This document shows, piece by piece, positions 23,261-35,060 of a DNA stretch of 64,000 bases (position 1 is its first letter; each line of letters starts with the position of its first letter). Source of the DNA: Leucoraja erinacea (Eukaryota). The DNA is taken from contig NC_073397.1 in the NCBI RefSeq assembly GCF_028641065.1, forward strand, positions 32,922,001 to 32,986,000, given 5' to 3'. The notes under the pieces were generated by a model. It made no database searches and was not told the origin of the DNA. It saw only the letters and a program-made list of their open reading frames with translations. Position numbers and translations under genes: made by a program.

Positions 23261-25393
23261 TATCGATCGAGCAGTACCACACTGCAGAACAGCACAAAAA
23301 GCTGCAGTAACTCAGCGGTACAGGCAGCAACTCTGGAGAGCCGTTGCTGTGTCTGTCTAGCACAGAAGCCACACCACTCATGAATGAGTAGTAATGAGGC
23401 GGATATATAAGATTGCAGTGCATGTTTGATGGCCATATATGGTTATGGCGCATGCGTGTGGATTATATAAGGTCACGGCGCATGCGTGTGAACTGTATAA
23501 GGTCACGGTGCATGCGTGGGGACTATATAAGGTCACGGCGCATGCGTGTGAACTGTATAAGGTCACGGTGCATGCGTGGGGACTATATAAGGTCACGGCG
23601 CATGCGTGGCGGCTATATAAGGTCACGGCGCATGCACAAGGGCCATATAAGGGGGCGGCGCATGCACAAGGGCCATATACGGGTTCCTGTGCAGGCGTGA
23701 GGCGGCTATATAAGCCGCAGCGCAGCGGCCATTGGTAGATTGGTGATGAGGAGGTGTGTTGGTGCGGTCTCTCATCTTCTCTCTATCCCTGCACTATTGC
23801 CATGCCTGCTCTCACTCTCTCCCTGCCTGCTCTCACTCTCTCCCTGCCTGCTCTCACTCTCTCCCTGCCTGCTCTCACTCTCTCCCTGCCTGCTCTCACT
23901 CTCTCCCTGCCTGCACTCACTCTCTCTCCCTGCCTGCTCTCTCTCTTCTCCCTGCCTGCACTCTCTTTCTCCCTGCCTGCACTCTCTCTCTCCCTGCCTG
24001 CACTCTCTTTCTCCCACTCTTCACTCTCTTTCTCCCTGCCTGCACTCTCTCTCTCCCTGCCTGCACTCTCTCTCTCTCTCTCTCTCTCCCCCCTTCACAC
24101 TCCCCGCACTCTCTCACTGCACTTCCACCACCCTAGTCTCTCACCATCTCCCCCGGGCCCCGAGATCTGCCTCCCCCGGCACTGCCTGGCCCGCTGTAGC
24201 TTCATGCTGTTTATGGAGCAGAGGCAATCATCCACGATGATTTTGTTGATTGTATTTAATAAAAGACTATATTTGACTTTGAAATTGTTTATTTTTATTA
24301 ATCCATGTGGTATTGCTTGCTCAAGTGAGATCAGTGGAATAATGTTTAGCTTTAAGGCCCTGTCCCACTTGCGTGTCCTTGGCACGCAAATCACGAGCCT
24401 TCCTCATCGCGTTGACGAGCACGGGCATCATGTGGCCGCACGAGGCAGGTCCACTGAGAAGCGCGGAGGGGTATGGAGTCGTGCGCGGTATCGCGGCGCT
24501 GCAAAATTTTGTAGTGAACAAAATCTTTGAGCGCCACCGGCCTGTCGCATAACTGACGGCCAAAGTGGGGCAGGCCCAAGACCCTGGCACGACGCAACGT
24601 CTCGCCTCCAAAAGCAGCTGAATCAAGCAAACGATCGCCGTTGCGGTCGGTATCCGCCCCCACTTCTACTCCCAGAGCGGGGCCAAGAAAATTGAAGATA
24701 GACACAAAATGCTGGAGTAACTCAGCGGGACCGGCAGCATCTCTGGAGAGAAGAAGGAATAGATGACGTTCGGGTCAAGATCCTTCTTTCAAATTGAAGA
24801 AGTCTCGACCCGAAACGTCACCCATTGCTTCTCTCCAGATATGCTGCCGGTCCCGCTGAGTTAGTCCTGCATTTTGTGTCTATCGTCAAATGACGTCACG
24901 CGCACCAGAAGGCTGTGCGGGTGCATGAAGTCGCGCGTGACCGTCGAGTAATTGGCGTGCCAAGGACACGCAAGTGGGACAGGGGCACAAGAGACAAAGC
25001 GCGGAAACGGGCCCTTGGCCCACCGAGTCCACGCCGACCCGCACATAAGTACTAGGTCAGGACAGTCACAATTTATTACCGAAGCCAATTGATCTACAAA
25101 CCTAGACGTCTTTGTGTTATTTTGGTTTAGAAACGCAGTGCGGAAACGGAGTTACCCAGCATTTTGTGCGTATCTTTTTATAAACATCAATGCTGGCTTT
25201 CTGCAGTGAGTGTTTTTCTGAACAGCAGTGGTTTAAAATTGTACATCGTGATAGATTTAAAAATTGTGGTGAATTAAGTATGAATGTTGTCTTCCTGCAT
25301 AGGGTGGATGCAGAAATGGATGTCACATGTGGAGCAGTGGGGGCAGGCAGCTCAGGTACATTGCTAATTAATCCTTCAGCTAATCTTCTCAGT

Positions 25394-25477
25394 CTAGTAA
25401 ATGATGTTGAAACTTTTTTCCCCGTCTTATCGATCATGCTGATTATGAGCAAATAAGCCAAATGTATCTGATGCTAG
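25394..25477 (+). ncRNA. SNORD12: SNORD12-family snoRNA, copy C
   Basis: Identical to copy A. Confidence 0.85.
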
Positions 25478-25618
25478 CAAAGACATTGGTTAAATGTGGC
25501 ACCTTTTTGAGAACGAACTGACTCGAGTTTACTTTTCCAGGTGTGAAGAGCTCCGAGAAACAGCTGCAGATCCAGGTAGGTGTTGGTACTTTTTTTGGGG
25601 GTGGGAATAAGTTAGTTA

Positions 25619-26416
25619 CAGTGCCCTCTATAATGTTTGGGACAAAGACCCATCATTTATTTATTTGCCTCTACTCCACAATTTTGGATTTGTAATAGAA
25701 AAATAATCACATGTGGTTAAATTGCGCATTGTCAGATATTAACCATATATAACCATATAACAATTACAGCACGGAAACAGGCCATCTCGGCCCTACAAGT
25801 CCATCCCCTAGTCCCATCTACCTACACTCAGACCATAACCCTCCATTCCTTTCCCATCCATATACCTATCCAATTTATTTTTGAATGATAAAATCGAACC
25901 TCCACCACTTCCACTTGGAAGCTCATTCCACACAGCTACCACTCTCTGAGTAAAGAAGTTCCCCCTCATGTTGCCCCAAAGCATAAGATAAAGATGGCTG
26001 CCACATAGGCCTGGCACAGCATCACCTAGCCAGGCCTGTATTGCAGCCATCTTTATCTTATGCTTTTTTTGAGTGTTTGGGAATTTTTATTTGCTGTGGA
26101 GGTCTTTCCTTGGCCTGCCAGTCCCTTTGCGATTAGTAAACTCGCCAGTGCTCTCTTTCTTCTTAATGATGTTCCAAACAGTTGATTTTGGTTAGACGAA
26201 GGTAGGGCTGATGTCTCTTTAACAGTTTTATTCTTCTTTCTCAGCCTTTCATTGGCACAACTTTGGCCCTCACTTTGATGCATAATTTTCTGCATAAATG
26301 TGCATTTTAACCACATGGTGATTTTTTTTCTCTTTCCTATTACAAATCTCAAATTGTGGAGCAGAGGCAAGTAAACAAATCATGGGCCTTTGTCCCAAAC
26401 ATTATGGAGGGCACTG
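25619..26416 (-). mobile_element. Tc1 element, type A
   Basis: As 19550-20343. Confidence 0.85.
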
Positions 26417-28416
26417 TGTATCGATTGAGCTCTACCACACTGCAGAACAGCACAAAAAGCTGCAGTAACTCAGCGGTACAGGCAGCATCTCTAGAGACGT
26501 TGCTCTGTCTGTGACTAGCACAGAAGCCACACCACTCATGAATGAGTAGTAATGAGGCGGATATATAAGATTGCAGTGCATGTTTGATGTCCATATATGG
26601 TTATGGCGCATGTGTGTGGACTATATAAGGTCACGGCGCATGCGTGCGAACTATATAAGGTCACGGCGCTTGCGTGGGGGCTATATAAGGTCACGGCGCA
26701 TGCACAAGGGCCATATACGGGTTCCTGTGCAGGCGTGAGGGCTATATAAGCCGCAGCGCAGCGGCCATTGGTAGATTGGTGATGAGGAGGTGTGTTGGTG
26801 CGGTCTCTCATCTTCTCTCTATCCCTGCACTATCGCCCTGCCTGCACTCACTCTCTCCCTGCCTGCACTCACTCTCTCCCTGCCTGCATTCGCTCTCTCT
26901 CTCTCCCAGCCTGCACTCTCTTTCTCCCTGCCTGCACTCTCTTTCTCCCACTCTTCACTCTCTTTCTCCCTGCCTGCACTCTCTCTCCCTGCCTGCACTC
27001 TCTCTCTCCCTGCCTGCACTCTCTCTCTCCCAGCCTGCACTCTCTTTCTCTCACTCTCTTTCTCCCACTCTTCACTCTCTCTCTCCCTGCCTGCACTCTC
27101 TCTCTCTCTCTCTCTCTCCCCCCTTCACACTCCCCGCACTCTCTCACTGCACTTCCACCACCGTAGTCTCTCACCATCTCCCCCGGGCCCCGAGATCTGC
27201 CTCCCCCGGCACTGCCTGGCCCGCTGTAGCTTCATGCTGTTTATGGAGCAGAGGCAATCATCCGCGGTGATTTTGTTGATTGTATTTAATAAAAGACTAT
27301 ATTTGACTTTGAAATTGTTTATTTTTATTAATCCATGTGGTGTTGCTTGCTCAAGTGAGATCAGTGGAATAATGTTTAGCTTTAAGGCCCTGTCCCACTT
27401 GCGTGTCCTTGGCACGCAAATCACGAGCCTTCCTCATCGCGTTGACGAGCACGGGCATCATGTGGCCGCACGGGGCAGGTCCACTGAGAAGCGCGGAGGG
27501 GTATGGAGTCGTGCGCGGTATCGCGGCGCTCCAAAATTTTGTGGTGAACAAAATCTTTGCGCGCCACCGGCCTGTCGCATAACTGACGTCCAAAGTGGGG
27601 CAGGCCCAAGACCCTGGCACGACGCAACGTCTCGCCTCCAAAAGCAGCTGAATCAAGCAAACGATCGCCGTTGCGGTCGGTATCCGCCCCCACTTCTACT
27701 CCCAGAGCGGGGCCAAGAAAATTGAAGATAGACACAAAATGCTGGAGTAACTCAGCGGGACCGGCAGCATCTCTGGAGAGAAGAAGGAATAGATGACGTT
27801 CGGGTCAAGATCCTTCTTTCACATTGAAGAAGTCTCGACCCGAAACGTCACCCAGTGATCCAGATATGCTGCCGGTCCCGCTGAGTTAGTCCTGCATTTT
27901 GTGTCTATCGTCAAATGACGTCACGCGCACCAGAAGGCTGTGCGGGTGCATGAAGTCGCGCGTGACCGTCGAGTAATTGGCGTGCCAAGGACACGCAAGT
28001 GGGACGGGCACAAGAGACAAAGCGCGGAAACGGGCCCTTGGCCCACCGAGTCCACGCCGACCCGCACATAAGTACTAGGTCGGGATAGTCACAATTTATT
28101 ACCGAAGCCAATTGATCTACAAACCTAGACGTCTTTGTGTTATTTTGGTTTAGAAACACAGTGCAGAAACGGAGTTACCCAGCATTTTGTGCGTATCTTT
28201 TTATAAACATCAATGCTGGCTTTCTGCAGTGAGTGTTTTTCTGAACAGCAGTGGTTTAAAATTGTACATCGTGATAGATTTAAAAATTGTGGTGAATTAA
28301 GTATGAATGTTGTCTTCCTGCATAGGGTGGATGCAGAAATGGATGTCACCTGTGGAGCAGTGGGGGCAGGCAGCTCAGGTACATTGCTAATTAATCCTTC
28401 AGCTAATCTTCTCAGT

Positions 28417-28500
28417 CTAGTAAATGATGTTGAAACTTTTTTCCCCGTCTTATCGATCATGCTGATTATGAGCAAATAAGCCAAATGTATCTGATGCTAG
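28417..28500 (+). ncRNA. SNORD12: SNORD12-family snoRNA, copy D
   Basis: Identical to copy A. Confidence 0.85.
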
Positions 28501-28637
28501 CAAAGACATTGGTTAAATCTGGCACCTTTTTGAGTACGAACTGACTCGAGTTTACTTTTCCAGGTGTGAAGAGCGAGGAATAGCTGCAGAGCCAGGTAGG
28601 TGTTGGTACTTTTATGGGGGTGGGAATAGGTTAGTTA

Positions 28638-29338
28638 CAGTGCCCTCTATAATGTTTGGGACAAAGACCCATCATTTATTTATTTCCCTCTCTACTCCAC
28701 AATTTTGGATTTGTAATAGAAAGAAAATCACACGTGGTTAAATTGCACATTGTCAGATATTAACCATATATAACCATATAACAATTACAGCACGGAAACA
28801 GGCCATCTCGGCCCTACAAGTCCATGCCGAACAATTATTTTCCCCTAGTCCCATCTACCTACACTCAGACTATAACCCTCCATTCCTTTCCCATCCATAT
28901 ACCTATCCAATTTATTTTTGAATGATAAATTCGAACCTTCCTCCACCACGTCCACTGGAAGCTCATTCCACACAGCTACCACTCTCTGAGTAAAGAAGTT
29001 CCCCCTCATGTCACCCCTAAACTTCTGTTCCTTAATTCTGAAGTCGTGTCCTCTTGTTTGAATCTTCCCTACTCTCAATGGGGAAAAGCTTGTCCACGTC
29101 AACTCTGTCTATCCCTCTCATCATTTTAAAGACCTCTATCAAAGTTTTATTCTTCTTTCTCAGTCTCATAATGGCTTCTTTGACTTTAAATTGGCACAAC
29201 TTTGGCCCTCACTTTGATGCATCATTTTAATCACATGGTGATTTCTTTTTTCTCTTTCCTATTACAAATCTCAAATTGTGGAGCAGAGGCAAGTAAACAA
29301 ATCATGAGCCTTTGTCCCAAACATTATGGAGGGCACTG
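28638..29338 (-). mobile_element. Tc1 element, type B
   Basis: As 22570-23260. Confidence 0.85.
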
Positions 29339-30099
29339 TATCGATCGAGCAGTACCACACTGCAGAACAGCACAAAAAGCTGCAGTAACTCAGCGGTACA
29401 GGCAGCAACTCTGGAGAGACGTTGCTGTGTCTGTCTAGCACAGAAGCCACACCACTCATGAATGAGTAGTAATGAGGCGGATATATAAGATTGCAGTGCA
29501 TGTTTGATGGCCATATATGGTTATGGCGCATGCGTGTGGACTATATAAGGTCACGGCGCATGCGTGGGGACTATATAAGGTCACGGCGCATGCGTGGGGA
29601 CTATATAAGGTCACGGCGCATGCATGGGGACTATAAGGTCACGGCGCATGCACAAGGGCCATATAAGGGGGCGGCGCATGCACAAGGGCCATATAAAGGT
29701 TCCTGCGCGGGCGTGAGACGGCTATATAAGCCGCAGCGCAGCGGCCATTGGTAGATTGGTGATGAGGAGGTGTGTTGGTGCGGTCTCATCTTCTCTCTTT
29801 CCCTGCACTATCGCCCTGCCTGCTCTCACTCTCTCTCCCTGCCTGCACTCGCTCTCTCCCTGCCTGCACTTGCTCTCTCTCCCTGCCTGTACTCACTCTC
29901 TCTCCCTGCCTGCTCTCTCTTTCTCCCTGCCTGCACTCTCTTTCTCCCACTCTTCACTCTCTTTCTCCCTGCCTGCTCTCTCTTTCTCCCTGCCTGCACT
30001 CTCTTTCTCCCACTCTTCACTCTCTTTCTCCCTGCCTGCTCTCTTTCTCCCTGCCTGCACTCTCTTTCTCCCACTCTTCACTCTCTCTCTCCCTGCCTG

Positions 30100-30144
<45 letters not shown>

Positions 30145-31731
30145 TCTCTCCCCCCTTCACACTCCCCGCACTCTCTCACTGCACTTCCACCACCGTAGTC
30201 TCTCACCATCTTCCCCGGGCCCCGAGATCTGCCTCCCCCGGCACTGCCTGGCCCGCTGTAGCTTCATGCTGTTTATGGAGCAGAGGCAATCATCCACGAT
30301 GATTTTGTTGATTGTATTTAATAAAAGGCTATATTTGACTTTGAAATTGTTTATTTTTATTAATCCATGTGGTATTGCTTGCTCAAGTGAGATCAGTGGA
30401 ATAATGTTTAGCTTTAAGGCCCTGTCCCACTTGCGTGTCCTTGGCACGCAAATCACGGGCCTTCCTCATCGCGTTGACGAGCACGGGCATCATGTGGCCG
30501 CACGGGGCAGGTCCACTGAGAAGCGCGGAGGGGTATGGAGTCGTGCGCGGTATCGCGGCGCTCCAAAATTTTGTAGTGAACAAAATCTTTGCGCGCCACC
30601 GGCCTGTCGCATAACTGACGGCCAAAGTGGGGCAGGCCCAAGACCCTGGCACGACGCAACGTCTCGCCTCCAAAAGCAGCTGAATCAAGCAAACGATCGC
30701 CGTTGCGGTCGGTATCCGCCCCCACTTCTACTCCCAGAGCGGGGCCAAGAAAATTGAAGATAGACACAAAATGCTGGAGTAACTCAGCGGGACCGGCAGC
30801 ATCTCTGGAGAGAAGAAGGAATAGATGACGTTCGGGTCAAGATCCTTCTTTCACATTGAAGAAGTCTCGACCCGAAACGTCACCCATTGCTTCTCTCCAG
30901 ATATGCTGCCGGTCCCGCTGAGTTAGTCCTGCATTTTGTGTCTATCGTCAAATGACGTCACGCGCACCAGAAGGCTGTGCGGGTGCATGAAGTCGCGCGT
31001 GACCGTCGAGTAATTGGCGTGCCAAGGACACGCAAGTGGGACAGGGGCACAAGAGACAAAGCGCGGAAACGGGCCCTTGGCCCACCGTGTCCACGCCGAC
31101 CCGCACATAAGTACTAGGTCGGGACAGTCACAATTTATTACCGAAGCCAATTGATCTACAAACCTAGACGTCTTTGTGTTATTTTGGTTTAGAAACACAG
31201 TGCGGAAACGGAGTTACCCAGCATTTTGTGCGTATCTTTTTATAAACATCAATGTGCTTAACTACAAAATTCATCTTTGCCACATAACGGCTAGAGTGAA
31301 ACTTTGGTGAGATTTAAATAGTAGATTGCGAAGCTCATGTCAAATGGTTGAGAGTTGTCATTTGGTTTCATCTTCAATCAACTGTGGCAGATGTTTGGAT
31401 TATTTGGTTACTGATTCTAGAGACTTTGGAGATTGATGAACAATGGAGCAGATTGATGTCTTGCTGGACTTTGGGAATGGGCACATTTAGCCACTCGTGT
31501 TAGGCTACACTGTTAATGCTGGCTTTCTGCAGTGAGTGTTTTCAATGAGTTTTTTCTGAACAGCAGTGGTTTAAAATTGTACATCGTGATAGATTTAAAA
31601 ATTGTGGTGAATTAAGTATGAATGTTGTCTTCCTGCACAGGGTGGATGCAGAAATGGATGTCACATGTGGAGCAGTGGGTGCAGCCAGCTCAGGTACATT
31701 GCTAATTAATCCTTCAGCTAATCTTCTCAGT

Positions 31732-31815
31732 CTAGTAAATGATGTTGAAACTTTTTTCCCCGTCTTATCGATCATGCTGATTATGAGCAAATAAGCCAAA
31801 TGTATCTGATGCTAG
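31732..31815 (+). ncRNA. SNORD12: SNORD12-family snoRNA, copy E
   Basis: Identical to copy A. Confidence 0.85.
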
Positions 31816-31953
31816 CAAAGACATTGGTTAAATCTGGCACCTTTTTGAGTACGAACTGACTCAAGTTTATTTTTTCAGGCGTGAAGAGCGAGGAATAGCT
31901 GCAGATCCAGGTAGGTGTTGGTACTTTTATGGGGGGTGGGAATAGGTTAGTTA

Positions 31954-32645
31954 CAGTGCCCTCTATAATGTTTGGGTCAAAGACCCATCATTTATTTATT
32001 TGCCTCTCTACTCCACAATTTTGGATTTGTAATGGAAAAAAAATCACATGTGGTTAAATTGCACATTGTCAGATATTAACCATATATAACCATATAACAA
32101 TTACAGCACGGAAACAGGCCATCTCGGCCCTACAAGTCCATGCCGAACAATTATTTTCCCCTAGTCCCATCTACTTACACTCAGACCACAACCCTCCATT
32201 CCTTTCCCATCCATATACCTATCCAATTTATTTTTGAATGATAAAATCGAACCTGCCTCCACCACTTCCACTCATTCCGCACAGCTACCACTCTCTGAGT
32301 AAAGAAGTTCCCCCTCATGTTACCCCTAAACTTCTGTTCCTTAATTCTGAAGTCATGTCCTCTTGTTTGAATCTTCCCTACTCTCAATGGGAAAAGCTTG
32401 TCCACGTCAAGTCTGTCTATCCCTCTCGTCATTTTAAAGACCTCTATCAAAGTTTTATTCTTCTTTCTCAGTCTCATAATGGCTTCTTTGACTTTCATTG
32501 GCACAACTTTGGCCCTCACTTTGATGCATCATTTTAACCACATGGTGATTTCTTTTTTCTCTTTCCTATTACAAATCTCAAATTGTGGAGCAGAGGCAAG
32601 TAAACAAATCACGGGCCTTTGTCCCAAACATTATGGAGGGCACTG
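31954..32645 (-). mobile_element. Tc1 element, type B
   Basis: TIRs; MRAKVVPMKVKEAIMRLRKKNKT transposase start fused to CR1 sequence. Confidence 0.85.
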
Positions 32646-34200
32646 TATCGATCGAGCAGTACCACACTGCAGAACAGCACAAAAAGCTGCAGTAACTCAG
32701 CGGTACAGGCAGCAACTCTGGAGAGACGTTGCTGTGTCTGTCTAGCACAGAAGCCACACCACTCATGAATGAGTAGTAATGAGGCGGATATATGATTGCA
32801 GTGCATGTTTGATGGCCATATATAGTTATGGCGCATGCGTGTGGACTATATAAGGTCACGGCGCATGCGTGTGAACTATATAAGGTCACGGCGCATGCGT
32901 GGGGACTATATAAGGTCACGGCGCATGCGTGGGGACTATATAAGGTCACGGCGCATGCACAAGGGCCATATAAGGGGGCGGCGCATGCACAAGGGCCATA
33001 TAAGGGGGCGGCGCATGCACAAGGGCCATATACGGGTTCCTGTGCAGGCGTGAGGCGGCTATATAAGCCGCAGCGCAGCGGCCATTGGTAGATTGGTGAT
33101 GAGGAGGTGTGTTGGTGCGGTCTCTCATCTTCTCTCTATTTCTCTCTCCCTGCACTATCACCCTGCCTGCTCTCACTCTCTCGCCCTGCCTGCACTCACT
33201 CTCTTTCTCCCTGCCTGCACTCTCTTTCTCCCTGCCTGCACTCTTTCTCCCTGCCTGCACTCTCTTTCTCCCTGCCTGCACTCTTTCTCCCTGCCTGCAC
33301 TCTCTCTCTCCCCCTGCCTGCACTCTCTCTCTCTCCCCCCTTCACACTCCCCGCACTCTCTCACTGCACTTCCACCACCGTAGTTTCTCACCATCTCCCC
33401 CGGGCCCAGAGATCTGCCTCCCCTGGCACTGCCTGGCCCGCTGTAGCTTCATGCTGTTTATGGAGCAGAGGCAATCATCCACGATGATTTTGTAAAAAGC
33501 CATTTTGTTGATTGTATTTAATAAAAGACTATTTTGACTTTGAAATTGTTTTTTTTTTTTTAATCCACATGGTATTGCTTGCTCAAGTGAGATCAGTGGA
33601 ATAATGTTTAGCTTTAAGTCCAACTTGCTGTCCTTGGCACACGCAAATTACGAGATAGCGTTGACGAGCACGGGCATCATGTGGCCGCGCGGGGCCGGTC
33701 CCACTGAGAAGCGCGGAGGGGTATGGAGTCGTGTGCGGTATCGCGGTGCTCTGAAATTTTGTAGTGAACAAAATCTTTGTGCGCCACCGGCCTCTCGTGT
33801 AACTGACGGTCAAAGTGGGACAGGCCCAAGACCCTGGCGCGACGCAACGTCTCACCTCCAAAAGCATTCCCAAAGTCCACCAAGACATCAATCTGTTCCA
33901 TTGTGAGTGAAACTTTGGTGAAATTTAAATAGTTGATTGCGAAGTTCATGTCAAATGGTTGGGGGTTGTCATTTGGTTTCCTGCTGGCTTCCTGCAGTGA
34001 TTTCAATCAGTGTTTTTTCTGAACAGCAGTGGTTTAAAATTGTACATTGTGGCGGATTTAAAAAAAAATCAAGTAGTCAATTAAGTATGAATGTTGTCTT
34101 CCTGCACAGGGTGGATGCAGAAATGGATGGCACATGTGGAGCAGTGGGTGCAGGCAGCTCAGGTACGTTGATAACTAATCCGTCGGCTAATTTTCTTATT

Positions 34201-34284
34201 CTAGTAAATGATGTTGAAACTTTTTTCCCCGTCTTATCGATCATGCTGATGTTGAGCAAATAAGCCAAATGTATCTGATGCTAG
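34201..34284 (+). ncRNA. SNORD12: SNORD12-family snoRNA, copy F
   Basis: Boxes and guide intact; GCTGATGTTGAG variant after the C' box. Confidence 0.85.
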
Positions 34285-34418
34285 CAAAGACATTGGTTAA
34301 ATCTGGCACCTTTTTGTGTACGAACTGACCCGAGTTTACTTTTCCAGGAGTGAAGAGCTGCGAGGAACAGCTGCAGATCCAGGTAGGTTCTTTTTTGGGG
34401 ATGGGAATAGGTTCCTTA

Positions 34419-34820
34419 CAGCGCCCTCCATGATGTTTGGGACAAAGGCCCATCATTTATTTATTTGCCTCTACTTCACAATTTGAGATTTGTTATAGAA
34501 AAAAAATCACATGTGGTTTCAGTGCACATTGTCCGATTTTAATAAAGGCCATTTTTATACATTTTGGTTTCACCATGTAGAAATTACAGCAATGTTTATA
34601 CGTAGTCCCGTCATTTCAGGGCACCATAATATTTGGGAAACAGCAATGTCATGTAAATTAAAGTAGTCATGTTCAGTATTATGTCCCATATCCTTTGTTT
34701 GCAATGAAGAGTGTTTCTGATCTGTCGGACAGGTGTTTGGGGATTTTTCTTTATAAATAGAGAGAATTCTTCTGTCATCAGATGTGGAGGTCTTCCTTGG
34801 CCTGCACTGAAGTCCGTTTG
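34419..34820 (-). mobile_element. Truncated Tc1 element (one TIR, no CR1 insert)
   Basis: Left TIR with inner direct repeat CAGGGCACCATAATATTTGGG (IR/DR type); RPRKTSTSDDRRIL transposase remnant. Confidence 0.8.
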
Positions 34821-34976
34821 CGTACATTGTGAAGGATTTAAAATTCAAGTTGTAAATTAAGTAAGAATGTTGTCTTCCTGCACAGGGTGGATGCAGAAAT
34901 GGATGGCACATGTGGAGCAGTGGGTGCAGGCAGCTCAGGTACGTTGATAATTAATCCGTCAGCTAATCTTCTTATT

Positions 34977-35060
34977 CTAGTAAATGATGTTGAAACTTTT
35001 TTCCCCGTCTTATCGATCATGCTGATTATGAGCAAATAAGCCAAATGTATCTGATGCTAG
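34977..35060 (+). ncRNA. SNORD12: SNORD12-family snoRNA, copy G
   Basis: Identical to copy A; 63 nt upstream of the 3' splice site. Confidence 0.85.

Noticed and set aside
33470-33610. Possible second C/D snoRNA in host intron 1 (CACGATGATT...TTGA)
   Set aside because: C box is degenerate, there is no CTGA D box with a closing stem, and the segment is poorly kept in the P0 copy
19325-35060. Regularly spaced repeats resembling a CRISPR array
   Set aside because: Eukaryotic segmental duplication; no unique spacers and no cas genes
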